DNA from: an uncultured Planctomycetaceae bacterium
GTDB taxonomy: Bacteria; Planctomycetota; Planctomycetia; Pirellulales; PALSA-1355
Direction: 5' to 3'
Assembly (NCBI GenBank): GCA_963785305.1
Contig: CAWAUV010000007.1
Span: forward strand, 1,344,001-1,408,000
Length of the DNA stretch: 64,000 bases
Shown: positions 11,729-23,130 of the stretch, one piece after another
Position numbering within the stretch: the stretch's first letter is position 1
Layout of the letters: each line of letters opens with the position of its first letter
Program-made: the position numbers and the translations under genes
Notes under the pieces: generated by a model
Databases searched by the model: none
What the model was told of the DNA's origin: nothing
Seen by the model: only the letters and a program-made list of their open reading frames with translations

Positions 11729-12397
11729 ATGCGACTCGGAATCTTCGGCGGAACATTCGACCCGGTGCATTTCGGCCATTTACTCTTGGCCGAATGCTGC
11801 CGCGAGCAGTGTGGGCTCGACGCGATCTGGTTCACGCCGGCCCATATCCCGCCCCACAAGCAACACGACGCGATCACGCCCGGCCGCGAGCGGGCGGAAA
11901 TGCTCGAGCTGGCCCTGGCCGGCAACGCGGCGTTTTCCGTGTGTCGCTTGGAGCTCGAGTGCGCGGGGGTCAGCTACACGGTCGACACGCTCGAAGCCAT
12001 TCAGCGAGAAAACCCGGCGCGTGAATTGACACTGCTGCTGGGCGCCGATTCGCTCGCCGATTTGCCGCATTGGAAAGACCCGCGGCGAATTTGCGAGCTG
12101 GCCACGCTGGCGATCGCGCGGCGATCGGAATCCGGCCCGGTCGAAGCTGTGCAGTCGGACGAGGGCCCGCCAAATACGGGCTCGCCGGACCAACTCGACA
12201 CGCGACCGCTCGAACAAGCGATTGGTCCCGAGGCGGCGGCCGGGCTGCGCATCGCGCGGGTCGAATTGCCGCGAATCGACCTCGGCAGCCGCGATCTTCG
12301 ACGCCGAATCGCCGCCGGCGCCAGCATCCGCTATCGCACCCCCCGGGCCGTGGAAAAGTATATCGAGACCGCGGGCCTCTATCGCGGCGCGACCTGA
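11729..12397 (+). CDS. nadD: Nicotinate-nucleotide adenylyltransferase
   Basis: GIFGGTFDPVHFGH, PPHK, SYTVDTL, GADSL..W. Confidence 0.95.
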   Translation: MRLGIFGGTFDPVHFGHLLLAECCREQCGLDAIWFTPAHIPPHKQHDAITPGRERAEMLELALAGNAAFSVCRLELECAGVSYTVDTLEAIQRENPARELTLLLGADSLADLPHWKDPRRICELATLAIARRSESGPVEAVQSDEGPPNTGSPDQLDTRPLEQAIGPEAAAGLRIARVELPRIDLGSRDLRRRIAAGASIRYRTPRAVEKYIETAGLYRGAT

Positions 12398-12449
12398 TCG
12401 TCGGCGCGCGAACAACCGCGTCGCTCACGACTCCCTGCTAGCAGCCTGT

Positions 12450-12710
12450 TCATGCCGCTCGGCGGGCTTGCACGAGACAGCGGATTGTGGCGGGAAATTC
12501 GACCGTGGACGGTTGTTCGCTCCGGGCGAGAATCTCGAGCACCTGCTCAAGCCGTTCGCGCGGGGTCTGATCGAGATCCACGAAGAGCCGCCAGCGGCCT
12601 TTGGTCAGGCAAGTTCCGCCGCCCACGCCGCCGAGCCATTCCTCGCGCACATCGAACCCCAGATCGCAAGCCGAAGCTAGTGCTAGCTCCAGCAGTTCCA
12701 CCGTGTGCAT
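12450..12710 (-). CDS. Small hypothetical protein
   Basis: MHTVELLELAL...REEWLGGVGGGTC; fills the gap between nadD and the kinase gene. Confidence 0.6.
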   Translation of the reverse strand: MHTVELLELALASACDLGFDVREEWLGGVGGGTCLTKGRWRLFVDLDQTPRERLEQVLEILARSEQPSTVEFPATIRCLVQARRAA

Positions 12711-13043
12711 GGCATCCTTTCCTGAAAGCGCTCGCAATGAATTCGGCGCGTCGATAACTTCTCCACCGCGACATTCCAACCGCAATGTTTCGATCGCATC
12801 GCATCGGCGCTCGGCGCCTTGGCAAATCATTCGGCCGAGAGCAGGCGCAACTTCACGAAGTGGGCGATGATTGTAGTGGCTTCCGCTTTAGTCAGCCATG
12901 CCAAGCCGACGATACCAGAGTGGCAAGTCGAATTGCCGCATGGAGTTTGGGTTGATGTGCTGGGCAAACTCGCGGGTCTGGCTTGCCTGGGAAAGCGGCG
13001 CGACTTTTTGGCGGACTCGATCATGACGCGGGATGAAAAGCAA

Positions 13044-13898
13044 ATGGAAAACCAAGAAACAAGCGTTGCCGCGCTCCAGGAGCGAATCTCGTATCTCGAG
13101 GAGCAAATCCATCGGCTCCAAAAGCTCACCGCGCTAGGCGAGCTCGTGGGCACGACCACCCATGAGTTCAACAATGTACTCACCACGATCATCAACTACG
13201 CCAAGATGGGTGTCCGCCACCGCGATCAGGCCACGCGCGACAAAGCCTTCGAAAAAATCTACGCCTCTGGCCAACGGGCCGCTCGCATCACGACCAGCAT
13301 TCTCGGATTCGTGCGCAATCGCAGCGCCGGTCAGGAGCCGATCGACTTGACCAAGCTGATCGACGATTCACTGGTGCTGGTCGAGCGGGAACTCGCGAAG
13401 TATCGCATTAAGATCGAACTGCAAATCGAGCCCGCCCCGCCGGCGATGGTCAACGCGAACCAAATTCAGCAAGTGCTGCTCAATCTGCTCATCAATGCGC
13501 GCCAAGCGATGCCGCAGGGCGGACAGCTCACGGTGCGGCTGTCCCACGATCCCGTGGCCCGATTCGTGGATATTTCCGTGCGCGACACCGGCATGGGAAT
13601 TCCCCCCGATAAGCTGCCGCGAATTTTCGAGCGTTATTACTCGACCAAGACCGGCCCCGACGCGAGCGGTCAGGGCGGAACCGGCTTGGGCCTCGCCTTT
13701 TGCCGCGATGTGATCGAAGCCCATCGCGGCCGCATCCGGGTGGAAAGCTCGCCGGGCCGAGGCACGATGTTCGTCGTGCGGCTGCCGATGGTCGAGAGCC
13801 CCGCCACGCAAAAACCGGCGCCTGCTCCGATTGCTTGGCCAAGCTCGCTCGCGCCGAGCGAAGCGTTCACGCCGAGCGCCACGCAGCCGCTTGAGTGA
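13044..13898 (+). CDS. Cytoplasmic histidine kinase (NtrB-like HisKA plus HATPase), no sensor domain
   Basis: HEFNNVL, QQVLLNLLINARQAM, DTGMGI, GTGLGL; start uncertain (13023 or 13044). Confidence 0.88.
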   Translation: MENQETSVAALQERISYLEEQIHRLQKLTALGELVGTTTHEFNNVLTTIINYAKMGVRHRDQATRDKAFEKIYASGQRAARITTSILGFVRNRSAGQEPIDLTKLIDDSLVLVERELAKYRIKIELQIEPAPPAMVNANQIQQVLLNLLINARQAMPQGGQLTVRLSHDPVARFVDISVRDTGMGIPPDKLPRIFERYYSTKTGPDASGQGGTGLGLAFCRDVIEAHRGRIRVESSPGRGTMFVVRLPMVESPATQKPAPAPIAWPSSLAPSEAFTPSATQPLE

Positions 13899-13957
13899 CG
13901 CCGCCGGGCGATTCGCGCGAAATCGCGCTTTCGCGTTATGCCGCTTGTCGGCTCGCT

Positions 13958-14638
13958 TCAATACTGCGGCATGCCGGCCGCCGCGAGTCGGGCTTGCAGG
14001 GCGACCATCATGCGCTGCTCGAGCGCGGCGTCGCGGCCTTGTTGAATCCAGCCGATCGTCGGTTCCCCGCCGCCGACCGGTTGGCTCAAGCGGCGGAGCG
14101 AGTCGTCGTTGCGCACATTGAACCGGCCCACGAAGCCCAACTCCGGCTTGGGCAGGTCCTCGAGGTCCTTGTACACCGCGATATCGACCAGATAGCCGCC
14201 GCCGGTCGGCACGACCCGCACCACGGCGCGGCGCCGAATCGACTGGAGCGTGGATTCGAGCCGATCATGGAAGGTCACGGAATCTCGCTCGAAGACTTCC
14301 AGAAACGTGGCGCCGGGCTTGGGTAGCGTGACAAGCAAGCCCTCGGTTTGCACATCGCCCACCTGCCGCACCCGCTGCTCGCGCTGCACCTGAAAATAGT
14401 CATCCACCACGTCGACGATCGTATCCCAGAGAAAGTCCTTGTTCGTGCAGGCGAACATCGACGGGTTCGGCTGCACGACCGATATGGGCGGAACGAACGG
14501 AACCGCGGGCATCGTATACGCGGGAACCGGCGGGCCAAAATACGTGGCGCAGCCCGAGCCCAGGCAGAGGAGACTCGTCGACGCCAGCCCCAAGCGGCGG
14601 ACCCAACGAGGCGACGATAGTGGCGCGCTACGCGGCAC
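13958..14638 (-). CDS. Hypothetical lipoprotein
   Basis: Lipobox-like LGSGC after a hydrophobic stretch; globular remainder. Confidence 0.65.
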   Translation of the reverse strand: MPRSAPLSSPRWVRRLGLASTSLLCLGSGCATYFGPPVPAYTMPAVPFVPPISVVQPNPSMFACTNKDFLWDTIVDVVDDYFQVQREQRVRQVGDVQTEGLLVTLPKPGATFLEVFERDSVTFHDRLESTLQSIRRRAVVRVVPTGGGYLVDIAVYKDLEDLPKPELGFVGRFNVRNDDSLRRLSQPVGGGEPTIGWIQQGRDAALEQRMMVALQARLAAAGMPQY

Positions 14639-15074
14639 GGTGGCGGTTCGTGTTTGAGAGCGAATGCGGAAGATGAGTTCGAGCGACCATCGTTCGATCG
14701 CGCGAGGACTTCAGGGGCGCCTGATTAGAACCATCGATCCGCCGACGACTTCCGCGTCAGCCAAAAATGGCGCGTGACTCTCGCGAAACCGAGGAAATGG
14801 CGGGCAAGTCTGACGCCCGAACGCCGCCAAAGCAAGCCCAGCTTGATGCGCCCGCCGAGCGAATCGACAATTCGCGTTCGTCGCGGCATGCATGCGCGAG
14901 CGACGCGCGCAATGCTGGCGGCGCCGCGCCGCCCGAGGGGTTCAACGAACACGGCGGTCGCGGGCAGGGGGAATCGCCCCGCCCAGCGCCGCCGTCGTGC
15001 TGGCAAGCCGCAATCCCTGGGACACCTGCGCGTGCCCGCCGGGGGCGTCGCGCGATCGCCGCTGACTGGCCGGT

Positions 15075-15768
15075 TCAACCGTACATCGAGTCGATCCCCA
15101 GCCGCATGCGCAGTTCGTTGAACTGATCCATGTAGGTCTCGTTCGACGAATGCACGTGTTCGGCTTCGGTGATGAACTTCATCTCGTCGTTGCAGTACAC
15201 GTCGCGATCGCGGAGCGTGTGTTCGTATTCCTTCAAATCGGCGCCGTAGACGATCAGCAGCTTATGCTCGTCGAATTGCACTTCCTGCGGGGTGTGCGGA
15301 TTGAGCACCGCGATACCCATGCAACCGTCGTTGAGGATCAAGTCCTCGTAGTCGTAGAGAATGCTTTTCAGCACCGGCAAATCGATATGCTCGCGGTAGA
15401 GGTCCTGGTGTCCGCGTCGCTGGCGATCGTGACTTGTTTCGAGCACCACATCGACCTCGCATCCCAGGGGATCGAGCAGATCGATGAACGTGTCGAACAA
15501 CGTTTCCTTGCTGGCGGCCGCCATCAGCACCGGAACACTGCTTTTGGTTTCCGCGTCGCGATACACATCGTGGCGGTAGCCTTGCGTGGGCACCACTTGC
15601 AGATCGTACGAAGGCCGCACCGCGCCGGTCAGCGTGAATTTGCCATAGCGCGACGACGCCCAGATGGGCTTCGAGCTCTTCTTCGCTCAGTTCCTCGAAG
15701 CTGCTGGAAAACTCCGTGGGAGTTCCGTCACGGAAGACATTGCGAAAGAACTTTTTCAAGAAGCCCAT
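15075..15768 (-). CDS. Conserved hypothetical protein (frameshift near 15650)
   Basis: ORF 15262..15768 N-terminus (MGFLKKFF) joins ORF 15075..15620 (LNDGCMGIA, QFDEHKLL, ITEAEHVH). Confidence 0.7.
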
Positions 15769-16146
15769 GAACCGACCTCACCTCGAGTTTCCAATGCCGC
15801 CACGACAGACGATGGCTGTCTGTCCGCAGTAACTCTACGCACGCAACACTAGGTTATGTTCCGACCCGCCGGCTGTTTCACGAGCCGATCTTCTTTTCGT
15901 TGAGCCCGATAAGCTCTACAATCATCAGAGCCGTCAGAGTCGCGAACCGCCGGATCGCAAGCCGGGCGACTGGCGCCAGCAAGCCCGCGTCGCGGTGACA
16001 AACGAACTCTAGCATTCGCCCTGCCGCCGGGAGGCCGTGGAAGCGGAAAGCCGCCACGGAAAATACTCGCCTCGGGAGCGGTGGCCCCGATTGGCAAAAC
16101 CTTTTCGCCCTCGAAGGAGCTTTTTGTGAGTTGGTCAGTCCCAGGC

Positions 16147-17848
16147 ATGGCGCGGCGCGTGACCGCGGTGGCGCGGCGCGTGGCCCATCGCGCTTCCACC
16201 GGCGGTTCATTCGTCGATCGCCTCGCGGCTGTCGACCTCGCGGCTGTCGACCTTCGGAAATCTCCCTGGCGGCGAAGCGCCGGTTGGTCGGGCGCGCGAG
16301 CCACGCGCTTGATGGCGCTCTCGGGCGCGTGCCTGCTCGTGATCGCGGCGGGCTGCGAAACTCGCCCGGCCGAAGTCAACGAACCCGAACAGCCGGAAGT
16401 CACGCGACCCAAATTCAAGATCCAGCCCCAATCGGCCGAGCACTGGGAAGCGGAATACCTGCATGGAGTGAAGATCGGCTATGTGTATGCGACTCGCCGG
16501 CCACACAAAGCCGCCGATCAAGACGAGCTCGATGAAGTCGACTCGCGAACCGTGCTCGAAATGGGGCGTGGCGACGAGACCAGCCGGCAGGAAATGCGTG
16601 TCACGAGCCTCGAAGCGCCCGATGGCCGCTTGGTCAGCTTTCGTAGCGAAATGTCGCTCGGCCCCACGCCGATGGTCGTGGTCGGCACGGTCGATGCGCT
16701 CTCCCTGGTCTTAAAGGAGTTTCCCGCCGGCCACGAAGCGGAAGCCACCGAGCGCCGCATTCCCCTGGGCGACGATGTGCTCGGCTTTTCGGGCATGGAG
16801 TTTCTCTTGCGTCAGCAGCCGATGCGACCCAACGAGGTTCGGCAGTTTCGCGCGCTTGTGCCGATGTTGAATCAGGTGGCCAAGTTCACGATGGCCGGCG
16901 TCGACTACGAAGACACCAAGCTGCTCGACGCCGACATGAAACTGCTTCGCATCGAATGCCTGATGCATACCAGCGACGACACGGTGTTCAAGCAAACGAT
17001 CTGGACCACGCTCGATGGCGAGGTGCTTAAGTCGGAAATGCCCGCGATGCAACAGGTGTCGTATCGATGCACGCGCGAGCAAGCCTTGGCGTCGCCCAAG
17101 GGCAAGATCGACATCTTTCGCGAGCTGCTCATCAAGCCCAAGCAACCAATCACCACGCCGCCCGACGCCAAACGCGCCCGTTACACGGTGCATTCTGACC
17201 AATTCCGATCCCACCGCGCGATTCGCAAGCTGCGCCTATCAGGTCGTGGCGCCGGTCGATGGATCGACGGCCAACATCACGGTCTGGGCCGCCGGACCGC
17301 TGACTCCGCCCGAGCGACCCGACCTCGCCGCCGCGCCAAAGCCGGGCCCGGAATTCTTGGCGGCCAACAACATCTTGCAGATTCATGATCCGGCGGTGAA
17401 GCAATTGGCCGCGAGCGTCGAGATCGGGGCGCCCGGCTCCGCCCAGCGGGCCGTGGCCCTCGAGCGGGCGATCTACAAGTTGATCGAGAAGAAGAATTTC
17501 TCGCAGGCATTCGCCTCGGCGGCCGAAGTGGCGAAGTCGCGCGAGGGCGATTGCACCGAACACGCCGTGCTCCTCGCGGCAGTGGCTCGGGCGAGCGACA
17601 TTCCCTCGCGAGTGGCCGTGGGCCTAGTGTATGTGCCCGCGATGGGCGGATTCGAATTTCATATGTGGACGGAAGTCTATGTCCGCGACCAGTGGCTCCC
17701 GCTCGACGCCACCTTGGGCCGCGGCGGCATTGGGGTCGAACATTTGAAACTGACCGACAGCAGCCTGGCGAGCGACACCGAATACTCGATCTTCCTGCCG
17801 ATCGCCGAAGTGCTGGGGCAATTGGAAATCACACCCGCCGGAGAATGA
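16147..17848 (+). CDS. Transglutaminase-like domain lipoprotein (frameshift near 17195)
   Basis: GDCTEHAVLLAA, HMWTEV and W.PLD triad motifs; IAAGC lipobox; start uncertain. Confidence 0.8.
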
Positions 17849-17930
17849 TGGCGGTGGCGCCCCGATTTCAAGCCGCGACGGAGCGCGATCGCTTTGTCAC
17901 GGATGAAATGACGGATCGGATTCGTTCCGT

Positions 17931-18014
17931 GTGCCATGCCCGCGGCCCCGCGTGGGCATGAGGACTTCGCGTGGCGCTTGAAAACATGCCCACTCAAGGC
18001 AGTGGGCATGGCAC
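17931..18014. repeat. REP-like palindrome doublet (CATGCCC...GGGCATG) between convergent genes
   Basis: Two hairpins at 17931-17960 and 17985-18014 in inverted arrangement; a related copy lies at 56035-56058. Confidence 0.65.
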
Positions 18015-18019
18015 GCGCG

Positions 18020-18916
18020 CTAGCGGCGATGACGCTTGTCGCGGTGGCGCAGGGGAATCCAGTTGGGCGTCGGCTCCGCGGGAAGCGGCACGACACGATA
18101 GGCCGAAAGCTCCGACACCGTGCGCCGCGAAACCCGACCCTGGGTGTCGACCTTCTTCGACGTGGTGCTCACCAGCTCGCCCGGAATGTCGGGCGCGGAT
18201 ACTGAAAGCGCCACTGTCACGCCGGTCGGGCTTGTCTGCACTGAGCGCAGCAAATTCACCGTCTTGATCTCGGAGAGCACTTTGTAGGCCATGTCCACTT
18301 CGAGCGTTTCCGTCGTCGATTCCGAATTGCCCGAGGGGTTGCCGGTGTCGGAGACCTGAATCGTTTTCTTCATCAAGAGCGGCGATTTGTCAGTGTAAAA
18401 AATTCGCACGAGCCGCCGCTGACCCTGACCGAGCAGCTCAAGCTCGTCTTCATGGCAGTCGATCGCCACGCCATCGATCTTGACCTGGGCGTCGGGCAAG
18501 TGCTTTTGATTGATGGTCTGGTTCGGCAGCGCGCCGGAGAATGTCTGCCGCACGGATTGCGGTTGCGTGTTCACGCGTTTGCCGCCGACTTCCAACACGG
18601 CCTCGATCCGCAACGTCACCCCATCGGCCGACACCGCTTCGAGCGTCGTGCGGGTTTCGTTCGTCGTGACGCCTTGCGGCTGGCCGAGCTCGTCGAAGGT
18701 TTCGGTCACGGTGCGCAAGGTTTGCGACGAACCGACCCCGCATCGCCCCCAGGGATGATGGTACCGCAGCGACTCCTGCTCCTCGGCATGGGCGACGGCG
18801 GCGAGCGCGCACAACCCACCCAGCGCCACGACCGCCACGCCGATATTCGACAGCCATCGCACGAGGGATCGCCTTTCGAGTCGTGGTCGGAGGATAGAAC
18901 GCGTGTCGAGGGCCAC
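18020..18916 (-). CDS. Hypothetical secreted protein
   Basis: Signal-peptide-like AVAHA followed by HHPWGR and beta-rich sequence; start uncertain. Confidence 0.65.
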   Translation of the reverse strand: MALDTRSILRPRLERRSLVRWLSNIGVAVVALGGLCALAAVAHAEEQESLRYHHPWGRCGVGSSQTLRTVTETFDELGQPQGVTTNETRTTLEAVSADGVTLRIEAVLEVGGKRVNTQPQSVRQTFSGALPNQTINQKHLPDAQVKIDGVAIDCHEDELELLGQGQRRLVRIFYTDKSPLLMKKTIQVSDTGNPSGNSESTTETLEVDMAYKVLSEIKTVNLLRSVQTSPTGVTVALSVSAPDIPGELVSTTSKKVDTQGRVSRRTVSELSAYRVVPLPAEPTPNWIPLRHRDKRHRR

Positions 18917-19172
18917 AAGCTCTTCGCGGTAGGAATTTTCCCAGGGCCAGAGCGGCCGCCAGCGGCAACCGCGGCCGATGGTCGATCGCCGTTTTCGTCT
19001 TTTCCATGATAACCCGCTCGCGGCAAGGCGCCATCCCCTAGGGCGGATCGCGCCCGAGCCCGATCGAACCCCGGAGTTCATGGACCCGGCGTTCACGGCC
19101 TGTCGAATACATCAACAGGCTGTTCACCGGCCAAACGTCGCGAGAATCGCCGACCAAGCGACCTCGCAAGAC

Positions 19173-20715
19173 TCATTCGGCCGCGAAACGGTCGCGCGTC
19201 TCGCCCGACGTTGCGACCGCCGCGGGTTCGCGGGGCGAAAGCTCCGGACGAGCGATCTCGGCCGCCGAACTCGGGCGAGCTCCACCGCGCCGGGCGTCCA
19301 TGGCGGTAAACACGGCCGCGAGCCGCTCGTCGTCGCGCGCGAGCATGCCGCGGAGCGACAAACAAACTCGCCCTTCGACGATCGTCGCCCACACGCTCGG
19401 CTCGCCGGCCCGCGCCAGCGAGGCAAGTCCGCGCGCGTCGCCATCGGCCGGCTTCAACAGAATCCGGTAGTCGTCGAGCCGATCTCGCGTCAGCCGTCCC
19501 GGCCCCAGATAGGCGAAGCCGGTTTGAATCTCGACCCCGGCCACGCGCGAACAATCCGCGATCTGCGGCGCGAGTCGCTGGGCGCGGTTCTTGAGCACCT
19601 CGGGCGAAGCCGCCAACATTTGCCACAGTGGAATGCCGCGTTCCCCCGCCGTCGGCTCCGCGGCCAAGAGCAGCGTGGCCTCGAGCCCGGCGAGCGAACA
19701 CCGATCGAGCTCGAGCATCGCGGAGAGCGGCGCGGCGGCAATCGTTTCGATCGGTCGCCGGCGCCCAACGACAATCCCGCAAGCCGGCCCGCCGAGCGAG
19801 CACCGCGCGTCGATCACCACCAACTCGGCGCCCGAGGTAAGCTGCTCGGCCGCCCGCGGCATCGAATTGATCGGGCCCGGGACCGGACACAGCGAACCGG
19901 TCGTCGATAGCACCACGAGCGGAATACCGGCCCGGCGCGAGCGACTCCAGCGCCTCCCGCGCCGCGCTGCCGGCGCGCATCGTTTCGGCTTCGCCCCGGG
20001 ATTCTTCGATGGCGCCCACGATTTCATAGTCGCCGCCTTCGACCCACACAAGCAGTCGTGTCTTGTCGAGCGACGCGTGGCTAAAGTCGGCCGCGGTGAG
20101 CCGATCCACGGCGCCCACTTCGGCGAGCGTCGCTCCGGCCGCGGCCGCCACATCGGCGAGCGACAGCCCACGACGCCGACAGACGACTCCCACCTGACGC
20201 CGGGCCACGAGGATTTCGCCACCCGAAGCGAGCGCCGCGAAGATGGCGGTGAGCGCCGCCGCCGGGCTCGCGAACGCCAGCGCGGCTTCGGCCCCGGCAA
20301 GCCGCGCCGCCAACTCAAGCGAAGTCGGCCCGGCGTCGCGATGTCCGTTGGAGTTGGCGGAGTCTCGCGCGGACAAATCGGCCACGCTGGCGCTCCCGCG
20401 CTCGCGCATCGCATCGAGCGCCGCGAGCGGCAGCGGCAATTCGAGATCATCGGGCAGCAGCACTCCCGTGGCGTTGAGCACCGCTTGGACGCCGCCCCGC
20501 GGAGCGGGGAGCACTCGGTCGATCATCCGACGCCCGACCGCGGCCACTTCGGGCAACCGGTCGAGGGCGGCTTGCCGAGCGCCGGCTCTCGCGTCGGCCA
20601 CGAGTCCGCGCAGGGCGCCGAACATTTGTCGGGCAGGAATCCTGTTCGCCAGCCGGCCCAGCCCGGCCGTGGCTTGCTCGGCGGCGAAATCACGCGTGGC
20701 TCGGAGAATGCTCAT
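19173..20715 (-). CDS. Degenerate SelA-like (fold-type I PLP enzyme) protein (frameshift near 19935)
   Basis: VLNATGV, LAEVG, LGGPACGIVVG, SLAGLEATL, IPLWQML, LKNRAQRLA echo the SelA layout. Confidence 0.65.
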
Positions 20716-20779
20716 GGGTGGCGCCTCGATGCTGGATGTGTCAGAGCGTGTTAGAGCGATTGTATCAACGGTCGATGGG

Positions 20780-21466
20780 TCAAAGCGTGATCGTGCCGCC
20801 CGGCGCGATGACGATCGGCTCGGCATTGGTCTCCGAGCGCACGCGTTCGGCCCAAGCGGCGGCGTCTTGGGTGATCGGCGGCCAAGTATTGTAGTGCGAG
20901 GGGGCCACGCGCCGCGGATCGAGCAGTTTCACGGCCTCGATCGCGTCGTCGGGCCCCATCGTGAATCGATCGCCGATCGGCAACACCGCCAGATCGAGCC
21001 CGACCGAGCCGATCTGCTTCATATCATGAAACAGCGCGGTGTCGCAGGCAAAATAAATTTCCAAATCGCCGATCGCCAGCAAGTAGCCGCTCGCGCAGCC
21101 GCCGCTCGAGCCATCGGGCAAGGTCGAGCTGTGATGCGCAATGGTTTGCTTGACCCGGGCAAACGGCAGTTCGATCCGGCCGCCCACATTCATCGGCTCG
21201 GTGCGCTCGACTCCTTGCTTCGAGAGCCACTGACAGATTTCGAAATTGGCCACCACCGTGGCGCCCGACCGCTTGGCGATCGCGGCGGCGTCGCCCACAT
21301 GGTCGAAGTGCCCATGCGACACGAGCACGAAGTCGGGCTTCAGGTCTTGGGCCTTGATCGGGGCGGTCGGTGAATCGTTTAGATAGGGATCAAGCGCGAG
21401 TGTGACGCCTGACGAGCGAATGAGCCACGAGGCGTGGCCGAGCCAAGTGAGTTCGACGGTCGACAT
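20780..21466 (-). CDS. Metal-dependent hydrolase, MBL fold (UPF0173/UlaG-like)
   Basis: TWLGHAS, SHGHFDH, LPIGDRFTMGP, HYNTWP. Confidence 0.9.
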   Translation of the reverse strand: MSTVELTWLGHASWLIRSSGVTLALDPYLNDSPTAPIKAQDLKPDFVLVSHGHFDHVGDAAAIAKRSGATVVANFEICQWLSKQGVERTEPMNVGGRIELPFARVKQTIAHHSSTLPDGSSGGCASGYLLAIGDLEIYFACDTALFHDMKQIGSVGLDLAVLPIGDRFTMGPDDAIEAVKLLDPRRVAPSHYNTWPPITQDAAAWAERVRSETNAEPIVIAPGGTITL

Positions 21467-21633
21467 GCGGTTTCCTTTCGACTCGCGCTTTTGGGCGGCG
21501 CGCGTGGGGGGAAAGAGGGCGAGGGGGACCCGCGCCTCATCATACGCCGCTAGCCCGGCGACGGTCAAAACTCCCGAAGTTCCCAATCGCGCCCAAATTC
21601 CATTACGATTACTTAACCGTCTATTCGACCAAT

Positions 21634-21696
21634 TCCCCTCTCCCGTTTGGGAGAGGGCGGGCGTAAGGGTTCAAGGGTTCAAGGGTTCAAGGGTTC
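21634..21696. repeat. REP-type hairpin CCCTCTCCC..GGGAGAGGG followed by four copies of AAGGGTTC
   Basis: Palindrome at about 21635-21657; 8-bp tandem repeat at 21665-21696; same hairpin family at 43821-43856. Confidence 0.7.
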
Positions 21697-21831
21697 ACGG
21701 AAGTTGGAGTGTCCCCTTGTGTCGCGGCGGTTGGGCCGAGAAGATAGGGCGAAGCGCGAGCTAGGCGCCGCGATCCGCGAGCCCGCCTGCGATCCGCCAA
21801 AAAAACGAATTCCGCCAAGCGAGAGGTTTCG

Positions 21832-23044
21832 ATGAGCGAAGACATGCACGAACTGACCCGGGAACTGCACGTCAAAAATGATTCGAAGATCGTGATGCTG
21901 GTGGCCGATGGCCTTGGCGGACTGCCCATGGCCGGCGGCGACAAAACCGAACTCGAAACCGCTTTCACGCCCCATCTCGACCGACTCGCCGCGATCGGAG
22001 TCTCGGGGCTGAGCATTCCGGTGAAGCCGGGAATCGCGCCGGGCAGCGGACCGGGCCACCTGGGACTGTTCGGCTACGATCCGCTCAAATATCGCATCGG
22101 CCGCGGAGCTCTTGAAGCCACGGGCATCGGCTTCGAGCTCGGTCCAAACGACGTCGCCATTCGCGGCAATTTTTGCACGCTCGACGCCGAGGGCCGCATT
22201 TCCGATCGCCGAGCCGGCCGCATTTCCAGCGACGAAAGCGCTCCGCTCGCGATGCGGCTGAGGCAGGTGAAGATCGAGGGGGTCGAGGTGTTTGTCGAGC
22301 CGGTCAAGGAGCATCGGTTCGTCGCCGTGTTGCGAGGGCCCGGCCTGGGCGGCGATGTGCATGACACCGATCCGCAAGCGACCGGAGTCCCGCCGCTGGC
22401 GCCGCGGGCCGGCAATGCGGCGAGCGAGAAAACGGCCCGCGTGGCCGCCGAGTTTATCGCCCAGGCCCAAAAGCTGCTGTCCGGCGAGAAGAAGGCCAAC
22501 GGTCTGACGCTGCGCGGATTTTCGGCGAAGCCCGCCCTGCCGAGCTATGAAGAGGTCTACGGACTCCAGGCGGCCGCGATCGCCGTGTATCCCATGTACA
22601 AGGGTCTCGCGCGACTAGTGGGCATGCAAGTGATCGGCCAGGCGCAAACGCTCACCGAGCAAATCGATGTGCTTACCGAGCACTGGAAGGACCATGATTT
22701 TTTCTTCATCCACTTCAAATACTCCGACAGCACCGGCGAAGACGGCGCGTTTCGGCGCGAAGGTCAAAAAGATCGAAGAGCTCGACGGCGCGATTCCGCG
22801 CATCACGGCGCTCAAGCCCACGGTGCTGATCGTGACCGGCGACCACTCGACCCCGGCGTTTCTGAAAAGCCACTCCTGGCATCCGGTGCCGACGGTGCTG
22901 GTGTCCGACTGCTGCCGGTCCGACGCCTGCAAGGGGTTCGGCGAATCGGAAGCGCTCCGCGGCGGCCTGGGACAATTCGAAGCGAAATACCTGATGCCGC
23001 TGGCCCTATCCAATGCCGGCCGCATGGGAAAATACGGCGCTTGA
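21832..23044 (+). CDS. apgM: 2,3-bisphosphoglycerate-independent phosphoglycerate mutase, ApgM type (frameshift near 22750)
   Basis: DGLGG, PGSGPGHL, GRGALEA, RGNF, TGDHSTP, HSWHPVP. Confidence 0.88.
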
Positions 23045-23130
23045 TCGATCGCGCTCTGTCCCACTCGCTGCCTGGATCGCCGTGATTTGAGTCGAATCGC
23101 AACCGCCCCTGTTGGACAGCCGGCCCGATC

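Noticed and set aside
14640..16140. Riboswitch or sRNA in the intergenic gaps 14640-15075 and 15770-16140
   Set aside because: Only short GC-rich hairpins; no recognisable conserved RNA motif
19173..20715. Functional selenocysteine machinery
   Set aside because: Catalytic Lys absent and no tRNA-Sec, selB or selD visible
21665..21696. Short tandem repeats (also 56425-56509 and 43406-43443) as a CRISPR array
   Set aside because: No unique spacers, wrong repeat length and no cas genes
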